A stretch of 64,000 bases of DNA, taken from the IMG/VR virus record IMGVR_UViG_3300032167_000039. The stretch is one strand, 5' to 3'. Positions 50,156-62,915 of this stretch are shown in pieces (the first letter of the stretch is position 1; each line of letters starts with the position of its first letter). The notes beneath the pieces were generated by a model, which was not told where the DNA came from, did not search any database, and worked only from the letters and a program-made list of their open reading frames with translations. The position numbers were made by a program, and so were the translations under genes. This DNA is from a virus. Taxonomy: Duplodnaviria; Caudoviricetes.

Positions 50156-53100
50156 ATGGAACTGAATGTACCGAAGTTTAAGCAGACTTTTAATGTTGAG
50201 TATAAGTTTTATAATGATAATAAGGTAGTAGAATGTTTTGTGACACCTCGAAAGAGACTTGAGTATCTCTGGGCAGATTTAAATCTTTGTGGAGATTTTA
50301 TTTCTGCTCTTAGTGCGGACCGAGAGTGTGACGGTAAAGACTATTTCTGGAGTGGCAAGGCGGTTCTTAAGCCAGGGGATGTAATGGATATTGAAGCCGC
50401 AAAGAGCATCGCTCTCAAGAAGGCAATGCGCTCTTATTACAATGAAGTAAAGTGGAGATATCGTGAAGTATGGGAGAAGATTTCAAGAATTGCCGCAGAG
50501 CGTCTTGTTTATATTGAAAAGGCAGAAGCAAAGGCAAGTGACCTTACTCTCGAAATTGTTGAAATGACAAAGCAGTAAATAAAAATTAAGAAAGTCAAGG
50601 GCGATGGCTCTTGACTTTTTTTGTGTTTTGTGATATAATATATATAGAAAGTTAAGAAAGGGAGAGATTTATATATGAAAAAGAAAACAATGATTGTACT
50701 GGATGCATATGAACTTGAATGTGAAATTGCTCGTAGACTTGGATTTACTTACCACTATAATACAGATGTAAGACAAGCTTTGTTTGGTGATAACTATCAG
50801 AACGATTGCTGCAAATATTGCTCGGCAGAATGGATTGAAGAAAATTTTTATTATGATATGGATGAAAAAGAAAGAAGTGTTCTCGAAGAACTTCTGAAGA
50901 TTCTTAAGGAAGAAGGAATTGAAGGAGATTTTCTTGTTGATGTAAGCTGGTAAGGAGGAGCGATATGGAAAGAGCAACAAAATTTAATAAAACCTATTCT
51001 TTTACAGAAGGTGAGATCTCAAGATTTTCTAAAGCTTTTAAAACTCATCTCGAAACCTGCGGTGACGATGGAAATAGTGGACGATATAAAATTCCGAAGC
51101 ATTGGATGAAGTTTGTTGCATATATCCCGCCGAGATCAGGTATTTTGTATAAAGGAATAGAATGTCCTTGTGGTTGGTCTTGTATACTTTCTTTTGTGTG
51201 AAAAGGATAACTGTCCTATTGTTCATCCTAAGTTACTGTCCGCCGCCAAAAAGAAGAGCGATAAAGTCTGTCTCTGGTGCGGCGGCAAGTTAAAAAATGA
51301 TAACGACAGTTTCTGTAGTGTTTATTGTGTCAGTATGTGGAACGGCGAAGGGGATTGACTTTTTGGATAATTTGTGATATAATTATTATAGAAAATAAGA
51401 AAGGAAGAGGTTATAAATGACTTTAACAATTATTAAGTTTATTTGCTTATTTGTTGGAATTTGGCTTTCTATCGTAGATGTGGGGCGCATAAAGTGCAAG
51501 CAAGATGTTTCCGCAGCAACTATATTTTTCCAAGCTTTGGGAATCACAGGTTTTATTTTCTTACAATTCTTGATGTAAAGGAGAGATTTTATGAGATTTT
51601 ATCAGGCAGTTTTTATAAATAAGATGGATATGAGTCTGGAGGGATGCTAATGGTTAAACTTTATCTTGCTCGACATAAGCGATATGATATGTATTGGGGA
51701 AGAAAATACGATAGAGATATGTGGACAAATGATTTGCACGCCGCCATACTTTTAACGAAAGAACAATGGGAAGAGATTATGGCGGCAGATGATGAATTCA
51801 AAGATAACATAATTCTTTATGAGAGGAGATATGAGGTATGATTAAAACTCTTTTAATTATTGGTGGAGTTATTCTTTTTGGCGGGTTTTGTCTTGTAATA
51901 TGGGCTTGTTGTAAGGCGGCGGGCGATGCTGACAGAGAAATGGGATGCGAGTATATTACTGAAGAAGACTTGGAGGCAATGTAATGACAAGTACTTGTTG
52001 GATTGTATTAGCAGCAATTTGTGTCATACTAGGCGTTCCTTCTCTTATAATTGGTATAAGCAAAAGTGATGTAACTTTTAATTATGTGGCAGGCATCTGT
52101 ATGGTATTAACTGTTCTTTTTTGGAGTCTTTCAGAAGGTAATAAAGAAAGAGAAGGTAAAGTTTTACAAGTTCTTGTGACACAAGACTCTTGTGTTCAAT
52201 CTCTTAATGAAGAAGGTGAACTCGTTTTTGTGCCTACATACTGCTATTTAATTGTATTTGAAGCAGATGATGGAGAATATAGAACATATACTACATTTGA
52301 GGATAGTTACAAGGAAGGAGATATTATCGTATACAAGTATAATGAGACAAAATCTATTACCATAAATGATTAAATAAAGGAGGAATAATGAGTACATTTT
52401 TGTTTATTATAGCTGACGACATGTGATACTGATAAAGAATTGGGAGGTTATGTAATGTTTTTCTATATATTTTTAACTTTTGGATTTATTTTTGCAATAT
52501 TTTTTTTGATGTGTCTTATTTATTCCATAACAGAAAAAGATTTTGAAACGCTTCCTTGTGCGTTTATCTCACTATTTTTTACAGTTACTTTTATTGGAGT
52601 ATCAATCCTTTTAAAGGAAAAAGTTGGAACAGTATGTAGTGTTGAAAAAGTTCAAACATCTTATATTCAAACAATAAAAGATGGAGAGATTGAACAAGTT
52701 CCCAGCTATTCTTATCTAATTCTTTTTCAAACGGAAAGTGGCGAATACAGAACTTTTACTACAACAAATGTTAATTATGGCATTCTTAAAGAAAGAGATC
52801 CTATTACTTATACACTTGATGGAACAGAAAAAATTAAGGAGGAATAATAATGAGTACATTTTTGTTTATCGTAGCTGGCGGACTGGTATTGCTAACTCTT
52901 TCAGGACTAATTTCTGCAATTAAAAACCGAGATGCTTCAGCAGGCTTCGTTTCTATAATTTTCCTATTTATTGCATTTGTACCAGCTTACTTTGGTTATA
53001 TGCAGATGGATCTTGTTGGTACTGTGGAATATGTGGATTACGTAGAGATTGGCAAAGACGAATTCGGAACTATGAGACGTAAATATACTGCAACAATTCG

Positions 53101-53736
53101 GAATAAAGACGGCGAGCAAGATATTGTTACCTGGACAGGTCTCCCTAATGATGAAAGATATGCAGATGCTAAGGCGGCAGTAAATCCTGAGATTGATAAT
53201 ACAGCAGGGGAAGCAAGTTTGTTTGAATATAAGCGTTATGAGATTCAGTAAGGAGAGATAATATGGGACTTGATAATAGTATTACTTTTAAAATTAAATG
53301 TCCTTCACTTGGCATTCACTGGAAAGAATATGACGTTTGTTATTTTAGAAAATATTGGGGATTAAGAGGACAGATGCTCAAAGTTATTGGATCTTTTGAT
53401 AGAGACGACTATGAGTATTCTCTCACCAGAGAAAATATTTATGATTTTGCTGATTTACTTGAGAAATATACCAAGATTGATAATGTAAGAGGAGCAGATT
53501 TGTCAACTATTTGGGACGAAATCCAAGAATGTTATCATATAAGAGATGAGTATAGTAAGATTAAATTTGCAGAAGATTTTTATAATGAAAAGATTTCTCT
53601 TTATGAGTTTATTTATGTACTTTCTATTTGGAATGGAGAAGATAAAGTAAATCAAGTTCTTTTAGATTTGCTTAGTAAAGGAGAAGAACTTCCAAAAGAT
53701 TTTGAATGGGCATTTTGTTTTTCTGATAGTTATTAA
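50156..53736 (+). other. Run of small hypothetical CDS, including three membrane-protein paralogues (51984, ~52455, 52850)
   Basis: + strand ORFs with SD and promoter cassettes. Confidence 0.55.
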
Positions 53737-54131
53737 ATTAAAAGTCAGGCGGAGAACCCGCTTGACTTTTTCTGCGTTTTGTGGTATAATATATATAGAA
53801 GGTTAAGAAAAGGAGAAAAATTTTATGAATATTTATGTACGAAGAAATATGGTAGACCAGTGGTGGGAGATGTGTATTGAAACTAATCGTAATAATTGGT
53901 TTCCTATTATGAATCATCAGACCACGGATTTTATGGAGACAATGGATCCAGAGATTATCAAAATCGATGCAAGACATTTATGGGGCGGCGCCGTTGATGA
54001 TTGTTCGATTCTTATGGCTCCTCCAATAAGAGAGTATGAAAATACACATGGCTATTATAATTAAATATCTTGATTTTTCCCATAAACTGTGATATAATTA
54101 TTATAGTAAAGAAAGAAAAGAGGTTGATTTT

Positions 54132-54686
54132 ATGTCACTTGCACTTGGAAGAATTAGTGAATATGATGTTGAGGATTTTGATATTTTTAATCATCAGAAC
54201 ACTCGTACAGAAGAGGATATTAAGAACTCTACAAGTTGTTACAATTGTATGGCATATGCATTTGGTGCATATGAGTGGCTTTTTCCTCTTGATACTTGGA
54301 ACGAAGACGCTGGAGATATTCTTGAAGAGCTTGGTATTAGATATACTGAAGAACTTTGCAACAGAATTTGGGATGCTCTTGAATATGGTGTTTACGAAGA
54401 TAATATTCTTATGAAACTTGCCATCGAGAGAATGCTGGCTATGTTCCCTGATCTTCGTCGTATTAAATCTTTCGATGAACTTGAAGATGATGAGTATGGT
54501 ATTGTTTATGCAGCCGGTGGTGGAGATTTCCACTTCGGACGATATGAAGATGAAGTATGGACTCATAAGATGGGTAATCTTCGTATTGAAGAAGTAGACT
54601 GTGAAGATGATATTTTTGGTAGTAAATATGATAGCAAAAGATTTTATTTTGCAATGAAAAAAGGTGAGGTAAGATATGAGTGTTAA
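54132..54686 (+). CDS. Papain-like fold protein (Cys-His)
   Basis: YNCMAYAF..DFHF..WTHKMG. Confidence 0.5.
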   Translation: MSLALGRISEYDVEDFDIFNHQNTRTEEDIKNSTSCYNCMAYAFGAYEWLFPLDTWNEDAGDILEELGIRYTEELCNRIWDALEYGVYEDNILMKLAIERMLAMFPDLRRIKSFDELEDDEYGIVYAAGGGDFHFGRYEDEVWTHKMGNLRIEEVDCEDDIFGSKYDSKRFYFAMKKGEVRYEC

Positions 54687-56569
54687 GGAAAAGATTTTCA
54701 AGATTATGGAGCAGTATGAGGAGCATGGTATCTATCGTGAAATTGAAATAAATGGCGAGTGGGAAGAAGTAGGTCTTGAAGAAGAGATTGAGGAAATTCT
54801 TAGTAAAGAAGAGTCTGTTACTGAATTTCAGGTTGAGGCGACGAATATGTTTGAGAATCCCGGTATTGATGTTTATTCTGTTTCTATTGTATGGATTGAA
54901 AATGGAAAATTGGAAACCATTCTTAATTATGAGATTGATAGAATTTAAAGGGGAAGTTTTATGAGATATATCTATAATTTTGCATTGCTTTGTTTAACAA
55001 TCTATATGTGCATCAATTATAGCTATTGGTGGTTACTATTGATATTTTTCTTCTGGTCGTTCAAAGAGAACTAAGTTGACTTTTTTCGTAAAATGTGATA
55101 TAATTATATTGTAAGGTTAAGAAAGGAGCGAATGAAATGAAGTCTAATGCACATAAGAAACGAACTTTTGAAGATAAGTTCGCACGACATTTTTACTGTA
55201 ACCATGCAAGACTAAATTCTCTTCGTTCCGATAAGAAACAATGCCGCCGCAAGGAGCGACATTATGGAAAATCTTTATGTAATGAAAGTGAGGTTACTAT
55301 GGCTAAGATTGATTGGCATTATGCGGCTGCCCGTATTGCTAAGATTTATGGAACTCAGTATGAGTGTTCTGCTATGTATGATGGCGATGAAGATGATTTC
55401 ATTGTATGCGGAGAATGCGGCGAGCCTATTTATTTAGATGATTATCCCGAATTTGATGGGGCGGCGGACAAGAGTTTTTGTATGTGTCCCATTTGTGAGC
55501 AGAGACTGGATTTGATCTAAGAAAGGGGAATGGATATGTGGATAATTGAAGATTACGATGGTGTTCGTAAGGTATGTGCAACAAAAGAAATTGCTTTGAA
55601 AGAAGTTCTTCGAATGCTTAAAGAATTTTATAAAGAAAATCCTAATGATGAGCAGGAACTTAAGGATTATCGAGAATTGACGGAAGAGTATTTCTCTCCT
55701 TACAGAGAGGGCTTCTATGTAGATGGGTTTTGCTGGGTTTCTAAAGCAGAATTTATTGATGAGTAAGGACTTCAAGGATATTGACTTTTCTTTCAGAATG
55801 TGATATAATATATATGTAAGGTTAAGAAAGACGCTACGACTTAAAGGAGGAGTTCCTATGGGAAGATTCATCAGAGAGTTTGCAGAGTTTGATATGGCGA
55901 AGAACTTCGCCGCCACAGTAAATGCAGAGGTCATCACCAGATATGACTGGGATTCCTTTGTTGGACGTATCGTAAAAACCTACAGAGTTACCTACTCTGT
56001 TTCTTAAGGAGGGATGGGAATGGCATATTGTGATGTATGTGGAACTCCTGTTCATGAGGAGGATTACTATGAAGAGTATGACATGTATGTTTGTCCCGAT
56101 TGTCTCTCTGCTCTTGAAGAAGAGTTGATGTGGCTTGATGAACAGGGTTGACTTTTTTGACAGAATGTGATATAATAAATATAGAAAAGATGAAAGAGAG
56201 GAAATCCAAATGGGATATTACACAAGATTCAATATTGAGATTAAGACTCCAATGACGAGAGAGCGTGCAGAGCAGATTGTTAGTCGTCTTAATACAATCA
56301 TGGACTATGGAGATTGTTTTGAGGTTGCTGGTTCAAGTGGTAGATTCAGAGACATTACACTTGAGACTTGGAGTCTTGAACCTTGTGACGAGTTGAAGTG
56401 GTATGACTGGGAAGAAGATATGTCTCAGCTTGCAGATGAGTTTCCTGATGTTGAATTCCGCGTTGAGGGAGACGGAGAAGATAGGGATGATTGGTGGATT
56501 GCTCTCTTTAAAGGCGAAAGAAAGCAAATCAAGTATTGCTCGCCGCCAAGTGATGAGTGGGATGATTAA
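54676..56569 (+). other. Small acidic hypothetical CDS in promoter cassettes
   Basis: 54676, 55137, 55530, 56210 and others, each with SD. Confidence 0.55.
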
Positions 56570-56611
56570 GGTGGTTGACAAATTTCACGGAATGTGATAT
56601 AATATTTATAG

Positions 56612-57280
56612 AAAGTCAAGGAAAAGACTTAAAAACCCGTTAGCACAGGACGTGAACGAATAGTGTATCGCAGGTTACGAGGTAAGCTTAGGAGACGAAG
56701 CGGAAGCGGTAATGACCGCCAAGGCGATTAAGAAATTGCTCGGGTTAGGATGCTTAACCGTGTGAAATAAGCTGACAAGGAAAAGTCATTAAAACCTCTC
56801 AGTTATCCGAGTATAGAGATAGCAGCGGAGCAATTAACGCAATAGAGATTGCCGGACTGTGTTGGCTCGATGACCGCCACCTGCTAAAGACAAAGCAGTT
56901 AGAGTAAATGTGAAAAGATGCGAACAGCAAGATAACTGGTATGCAAGGCAGGAAACTCTAAGTAACATTTATTCTGTCTAATAATTAAAATGAAAGCGGA
57001 GTCATGACCGTTAGTAAGACTCGGTGGGTATTTTCCGAGGATAAAGAAGAAGAAATATCTGGCTGATTAGAAAGGTAATCAGACTTTTCATACTTTTCAA
57101 CAGGAAAAGTTTCGTGTAGTACGAAACACTACCGCAAGAAAAAGCGAAGAATATCCCTAATGAACGAGGGTTTTCTTAAGTCTATAGATTAAGAAAACAA
57201 CAGTTCTGATTAAGTTAAGTTAATTATTAAATAAATATATTGAGAGCCGAACTCGTAAAAACGGAGAAAGTTTGAGGTAA
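56612..57280 (+). ncRNA. Large structured non-coding RNA candidate
   Basis: sigmaA promoter at 56575; no ORF of 60 aa or more; many hairpins and repeated motifs. Confidence 0.6.
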
Positions 57281-57284
57281 GATT

Positions 57285-57707
57285 ATGATGAATTTTGTTG
57301 AGACTAAGGATTATTCCGCTACTAAGATCAAGGCTGAGGCGAAGGCTTGGGCTACTGAAGCCATCATGACTGCTCTTGCAGAGGTTCTTGGTGCTGAGAA
57401 TGTTGGTATGGTTCGTACTGGTACAAGCGATTCTAAGAAGAATGAGATTGGTGCTGTGATCGGTACTGTTGAGGTTAATGGTGCTGAGGTGCCTATCGCA
57501 GTGGCTATCAATGTCGCCGCTAAGCCTTACACTAATGCTCCTGCGACCGTTAAGCGCCAGTACGATGCATTCGACTTCGTTGCTGCTCGTCAGGCTTATA
57601 ACGACTATGTGGCTGATAAGGAGGCTAAGGCTGCCGAGAAGGCTCAGGCTAAGGCGGCTAAGATCGCCAAGGACGAGGCAAAGCGTAAGGAGATTGCTGA
57701 GGGCTAA
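57285..57707 (+). CDS. Hypothetical protein with strong codon bias; distant paralogue of 61503
   Basis: GCT/AAG-rich codons; NEI..YD.F..A.AY..K.AK motifs shared. Confidence 0.7.
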   Translation: MMNFVETKDYSATKIKAEAKAWATEAIMTALAEVLGAENVGMVRTGTSDSKKNEIGAVIGTVEVNGAEVPIAVAINVAAKPYTNAPATVKRQYDAFDFVAARQAYNDYVADKEAKAAEKAQAKAAKIAKDEAKRKEIAEG

Positions 57708-57711
57708 TTAA

Positions 57712-57741
57712 TTGGGGAGCTTAGTCTCCCCTTTCCTTTTA
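57712..57741 (+). terminator. Intrinsic terminator
   Basis: ggggag-cttagt-ctcccc + T-rich tail. Confidence 0.8.
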
Positions 57742-57754
57742 TGGAGGGATTAAT

Positions 57755-59584
57755 ATGAAAGTTTATGTAATGAATATAGAAACTAATGAAATTGTTTATC
57801 AGAACGATGAAATATTTTCAGTGCGGCGCCGCACGATTTATAAGAATGATGAGAAGACTAAGTATTTTGAAGTAGAAGAGAGAAGTGGATATCAGTTACT
57901 TTTTGAAGTCGCAAAACATAGAGTCTTTAAGGAGGTTTTTGTTTAATGACTTGAAGACTTATTGAAATGAGAATAGAAATTGAGTAATTACGTGAGGTAA
58001 AAGAAGTATGAGATGTGAATGCTGTGGAAAATGTAGGATGCCAGATGGGCTTGTAATTAAGCCCGATGGCGAGAATGAACTTGATCCGTGTATTTATGAA
58101 CCGGTTGAGGAATATGGTAATGTCACTGTAACAATTAGCAGATGTGTTAATTGCGGACACATTGATATCTCGTGGCGGCGACAGGAAGATACTGTTGATT
58201 TAACTGAATTGCTGTAAAAATGAAAGTCAATCCTTTAGAAGAGGGTTGACTTTTTCTGCGTTTTGTGATATAATATATATAGAAAGTTAAGAAAAAAAGT
58301 TAAATAAAAGAGGTAATATTATGAATAATGTTTATTTACTTTACGGTGTGCGTTCCTTCTTTGACGGAGATTATGCCGAGCCTGATTTTACTCTTCTTGC
58401 TATCTATGATTCAAGAGAAAAAGCTGAGGCGGCAAAAGTAGATTGGGAAAGCGAAAGTGATATGTATGATGAATATAAAATTATGAACTGGAAAGTGCAG
58501 TAATAGAGAGGAGAATTATTTATGTTCGATAAGAAGTATGAAGTTTATCTCAGTGGACATATTCTTCTTTGTGGAGAATTTGAAGGGATTCATTCTTTTG
58601 TAGAAAATTATTTCTATACTCATGAAATTCATCGGGAATGGTTGGAAGATATGAAAGAAGAAAACATTGATAATACTCTGATTGAAGAGGATTATTCTTA
58701 TGAAGATAGTGTTCAGTTCTATGTTGATGATATTAAAGCTTGGGCTACACCTGCTCTTGATGGTTTTGAGTGGAGTGGCTATTATTTTAAGGAGGTAAGA
58801 TAATATGGATAAGATTATGGTAGGGGATATTGTTAAGGTTAATCCCAATAATGCGGGGCATAGTTATTCAGTATATTTGGAATGGTTTAGGTTCTATAAG
58901 GTAAGAGACGAAAAATTTGAACCTAAACTCCCTACACTTAAGGAGCATATTAATGCCCATGATGAAGATTACACTGTAAAATGGATTGCACCACATCTTC
59001 GTTGTGATAAAATGCTTTGTGCAATCGAAGGTATTGATACTGGAAGAGTTTTTCTTGTTGATAGAGATGTTATTGCTGGGTATTATCATACAGAAAATTC
59101 TACTGATTATTGTTATGATGTTAATGAAAGACTACTTGTACAAGAGATTATCCGTCTTAATTCAAAAATTGATACACTTAAAGAGGAAGTAATTTCTCTA
59201 AAGGAAAAGACGAAAGAATTGGATAATACAGATGCAGAAGCCGATCCCATGCCGCCCCTTGAAAATGGTTGGTTTGGCTTCATTAGAAAGTATGATGAAT
59301 GTGGTAATATTGAGAAAGAAAATAAAGACGATTGGTTTGTTGTAATTAAGACAGAAGATAAATGTAGTATGATTTACAGAAACGGCGAAGCAGACGAGTT
59401 TGTTAATGAAGATTGTGCTCCTTTCTGTTTTGAAAATGATGGAATTATCATGGACGAAGATAACCAAGTAATGGCGATGATTGTTTATTTATGCAAGGCG
59501 AGAAGCTTTGATGCTGCGCAGTATATGTATGAGAACAATCTTAAAACTTGTTTTATTGATGATAAGGAGATCTGGAGAAGATAA
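57755..59584 (+). other. Small hypothetical CDS (57755, 58008, 58321, 58522, 58805)
   Basis: ORFs with SD. Confidence 0.55.
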
Positions 59585-59802
59585 AAATATATTGACTTTT
59601 TCCATGAATTGTGGTATAATAAATATAGAAAATGAAAAGAAACAGAAATAATAATCTACCAAATTGCAGATAGTTTTGTTGATGGAAATCGGAACTCATC
59701 TGATTAGTTGGTTCAATTATAATAAGCAAAGTATATATACTTTAACAATCTGATTTTATTATAATTTTATATCTTCAATCCCACATTTATTTAAAGGAGG
59801 GG

Positions 59803-60714
59803 ATGAAAATGGAAAAATGGAGAAAATTTTCTAAAGAACAAATTTTTGCCTTTTATAATCAAGCGAAAAATAAAACAAATTTTTTAGAATTAATGGGATA
59901 TAAATGCTATAATAAAAGTGCTTTGAAAAATATTGCTAATGAATATCCAGAGTTAGACCTTGAAGCTCTTTCTGCAAACAGATTTCAAGACTTAACTAAC
60001 CAATCATTTGGACGTTTAACTGTTTTATATAAAGATGAATTTAATTATAAAGATAGTAATATAACTCATTGGATTTGTCAGTGTTCCTGTGAGAATAAAA
60101 CAATTTTATCTGTTAGTCGTTCACACTTAATAAGTGGTCATACTAAATCTTGTGGTTGTCTTTCAAAAGAAAAGCATAGCAAAGATAAAAGAAAAAATTT
60201 AAAGGGGCAAAGGTTTGGAAAATTAATTGTGAAAGATATATCTCCAAGCAAAATTTCTCCAAATGGACGAAGTCATGCATGTTGGTATTGTGATTGTGAT
60301 TGTGGTAGAAAAAATATTATTGTTTCTACGGATGCTTTAAGACAAGGAAAAGAATCTTGTGGTTGTTCTTTCTCAAAAGGGGAGGAACGAATAGAGAGAT
60401 GGTTAATTGAAAATAATTTTAATTATCAAAAACAATTCTCTTTTGTGGAACTAAAGGGAAAGAATAAAGAGCTAAGATTTGATTTTGCAGTTTTTGAAAA
60501 CAATTCTCTGTTATGTTTAATAGAATATCAAGGTGAACAACATTATCAAGTAGTTGATATTTTTGATGGTGAAACGGGTTTTAAACAAAGACAATTAAAT
60601 GATCAAAAAAAGAGAGATTATTGTGATAAAAATAATATTTATTTATTAGAAATTCCTTATTGGAGTTATTCAAAAATAGAAAATATTCTCGAAGATGAAT
60701 TGATGGAGGGGTAA
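59803..60714 (+). CDS. Homing-type endonuclease (2 repeats + Vsr/DUF559-like nuclease)
   Basis: Paralogue; N-terminus shared with 35691. Confidence 0.8.
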   Translation: MKMEKWRKFSKEQIFAFYNQAKNKTNFLELMGYKCYNKSALKNIANEYPELDLEALSANRFQDLTNQSFGRLTVLYKDEFNYKDSNITHWICQCSCENKTILSVSRSHLISGHTKSCGCLSKEKHSKDKRKNLKGQRFGKLIVKDISPSKISPNGRSHACWYCDCDCGRKNIIVSTDALRQGKESCGCSFSKGEERIERWLIENNFNYQKQFSFVELKGKNKELRFDFAVFENNSLLCLIEYQGEQHYQVVDIFDGETGFKQRQLNDQKKRDYCDKNNIYLLEIPYWSYSKIENILEDELMEG

Positions 60715-60863
60715 GATGGAAAGACTTAAAGAGAAACTTATTGAACGAATGATGTCTGTGGTTAGAAGCCTTGACAATTCTTGTCTTAATGATAATCGAA
60801 TAGCCGCTTATTCAAAAGAACTTGAAGCATTGGCAAAAGCGTATGCTGTATTGGAGGGAAAGG

Positions 60864-61328
60864 ATGTTACATTATAAAGTTGGAAATTTATTGAATGCGC
60901 CCCAGAAGGTTATCGCTCACCAAGTAAATTGTCAAGGTAAGATGGGAAGTGGAGTTGCAAAAGCAATTCGAGATAAGTATCCTAAGGTTTATAAAGATTA
61001 TCTTACAGTTTGCAAATCAATCCCTCCAAAGGGTTTATGTGGACTGGCGCAAATAATCACAGATTCAGAGCGTGTTGTTGTAAATTTATTTGGACAAGAG
61101 TATTATGGGTATGATGGTAAAAGATATACTTCTTATGCATACCTTACTAAAGCCCTGGATAGAATGTTTTTCCTTTTAGATGATGCTGGCGATAGAGAAG
61201 TCGCTATTCCTTATAAAATGGGCTGTGATCGTGGTGGTGCTAATTGGGCATTTGTAGAGGAATTACTTAATGACTATAGTGAACTTTATAATGTCGATGT
61301 CTATATTTATTCTTTGGAGGGGTATTAA
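60864..61328 (+). CDS. Macro domain protein (ADP-ribose binding/hydrolase)
   Basis: IAHQVNCQGKMGSGVAKAI, MGCDRGGANW. Confidence 0.88.
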   Translation: MLHYKVGNLLNAPQKVIAHQVNCQGKMGSGVAKAIRDKYPKVYKDYLTVCKSIPPKGLCGLAQIITDSERVVVNLFGQEYYGYDGKRYTSYAYLTKALDRMFFLLDDAGDREVAIPYKMGCDRGGANWAFVEELLNDYSELYNVDVYIYSLEGY

Positions 61329-62541
61329 TGTATATTGAACCGGAATTAAAAGAGTGGCTACCTCAAGATGTGTCAGAAAGTGAATTAGTCGCCGCCATGA
61401 AGTCATTTAATGAGGCGGCGAAAGAATACGGTGCAAGTGTTATACAGGTAATAAATGAAATAAATGAAGAAGCAGTATATGAGAGTAAGTGGAGGAGAGA
61501 TAATGAAATTTTCGATTGAAAGTTGTAAGAATACTACTGCAATGAGAAACCAGATTAGATCTGATATGACTAATCTTCTCTTTGAATTTCTAAAGTCGAA
61601 ATTTGAAGATGAGGAGGGTGATGTTCTTCAAGTAGGAACAAATGAGATTGCAGTTTGTGTTGCACTTGCTGACGACCCCGATGGTTTTCCTTGTGAGGTT
61701 AATATGATTATTAAAGCAGAGACTAAACCTCATCTTGATTCAGTAGGAGCGAAGGGCAGAGAAGTTAAGGCTTATGACAGATTTACTGAAGCTGAAGCTT
61801 ATGAAGCTGAGCTGAAGGCTAAGGCGGCGAAGAGAAAGGGGAGTAAGTAATTATGGGAAATATGTTTAGAAGAGCTTACGGAGATGAGACTCCGAATTAT
61901 TATATTGATCCTTCGGATTATTATATCAATCCTTTTGGAGAACGAGAAATAAGAGAAGGAACGATAATTCAGTATGAGAGAGATTTTCCTACTGCTATGG
62001 AGATGAGAGAACGAGAGAATTCTCTTACTGATGCAGATAATTTGGTTTTGGATGAAATTGAGAAACTTCTTAATGAGGCACATGATTGTACCTCAGTCAC
62101 TTATGAGGGGTGTCTTTCCTCGGCGGTTAAGAAATTTCTTTGTGAGAAAGGGTATAAGATTAGTGCTGATCGACAGTACAATACTGATTATACAATAATT
62201 TCTTGGAGAAAATAAATAATAAGGAGGGATATGATGTGTGTGATGTAAATAAGTCAGAACAGAGAATGACGAGAGAACATTCAGTAGCTTTTTTGTTTGA
62301 TAATTTCCTGTCCCCTGATGAACTAAGGGGTCGGAATCTTGAATTAAATCTTTCTGACTACTATGTTCTTGAAGAGATTGAGGCTTTATTGGAATCTACT
62401 GAAGATGATCAATATGCGGTTCTCTATGAAGGTTTTGTTGGTCATAATGTAATGAGATTCTTAATTGCAAAAGGATACAGAGTCCGTTATGTTCGTAATA
62501 AGACGCGTGGAGAATGTACTCAAATTTCTTGGAGTAAGTAA
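61328..62541 (+). other. Four hypothetical CDS (61328, 61503, 61853, ~62231); last two paralogous
   Basis: Shared VL.EIE.LL..YEG..KGY..ISW. Confidence 0.55.
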
Positions 62542-62721
62542 TATGTGTGATTGTGAAAGAGAATGGGAAGACAACGAAGAAGAGTTCAGCGCGTATGACA
62601 TAGATGATGATTTCATTTACGAAGATGATGATAAATAAAAGATGCCGCCTTAAGATTTGGCGGCATTCTTTATAAAAAGACTTTTCTATTGTATTTGTAT
62701 TTTATATATTTATTATTTCTC

Positions 62722-62882
62722 TACTAAATTTATTCCTATATTTTGGAATAATTTTACCGTTTCCTCCTGTAAAATTTTTCCTATGATTTGGAAAGAACGT
62801 TCTAATGGAATAACTTTTCCAAGCGGTAAATTTATTCCAAATTTAAGAAAATTTTTCTCAATTTTTTAGAAAGTTTTTTCCA
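62722..62882. repeat. Array of ~8 imperfect palindromes (GGWAAWTTTTWCC-like)
   Basis: ggaataattttacc, ggaataacttttcc, ggtaaatttattcc, spaced ~20-23 bp. Confidence 0.6.
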
Positions 62883-62915
62883 AAATTCTACTTATATATA
62901 GGAGGTGAGGGAAGA

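Larger units (their letters stand above)
13841..59630 (+). promoter_or_regulatory. About 30 near-consensus extended -10 sigmaA promoters
   Basis: TTGAC(A/T)-N17-TATAAT with upstream TG, followed by TATAG(A/T)AA; e.g. 18189, 23039, 28576, 29063, 33574, 40813, 46741, 50611, 56575, 59592. Confidence 0.9.
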
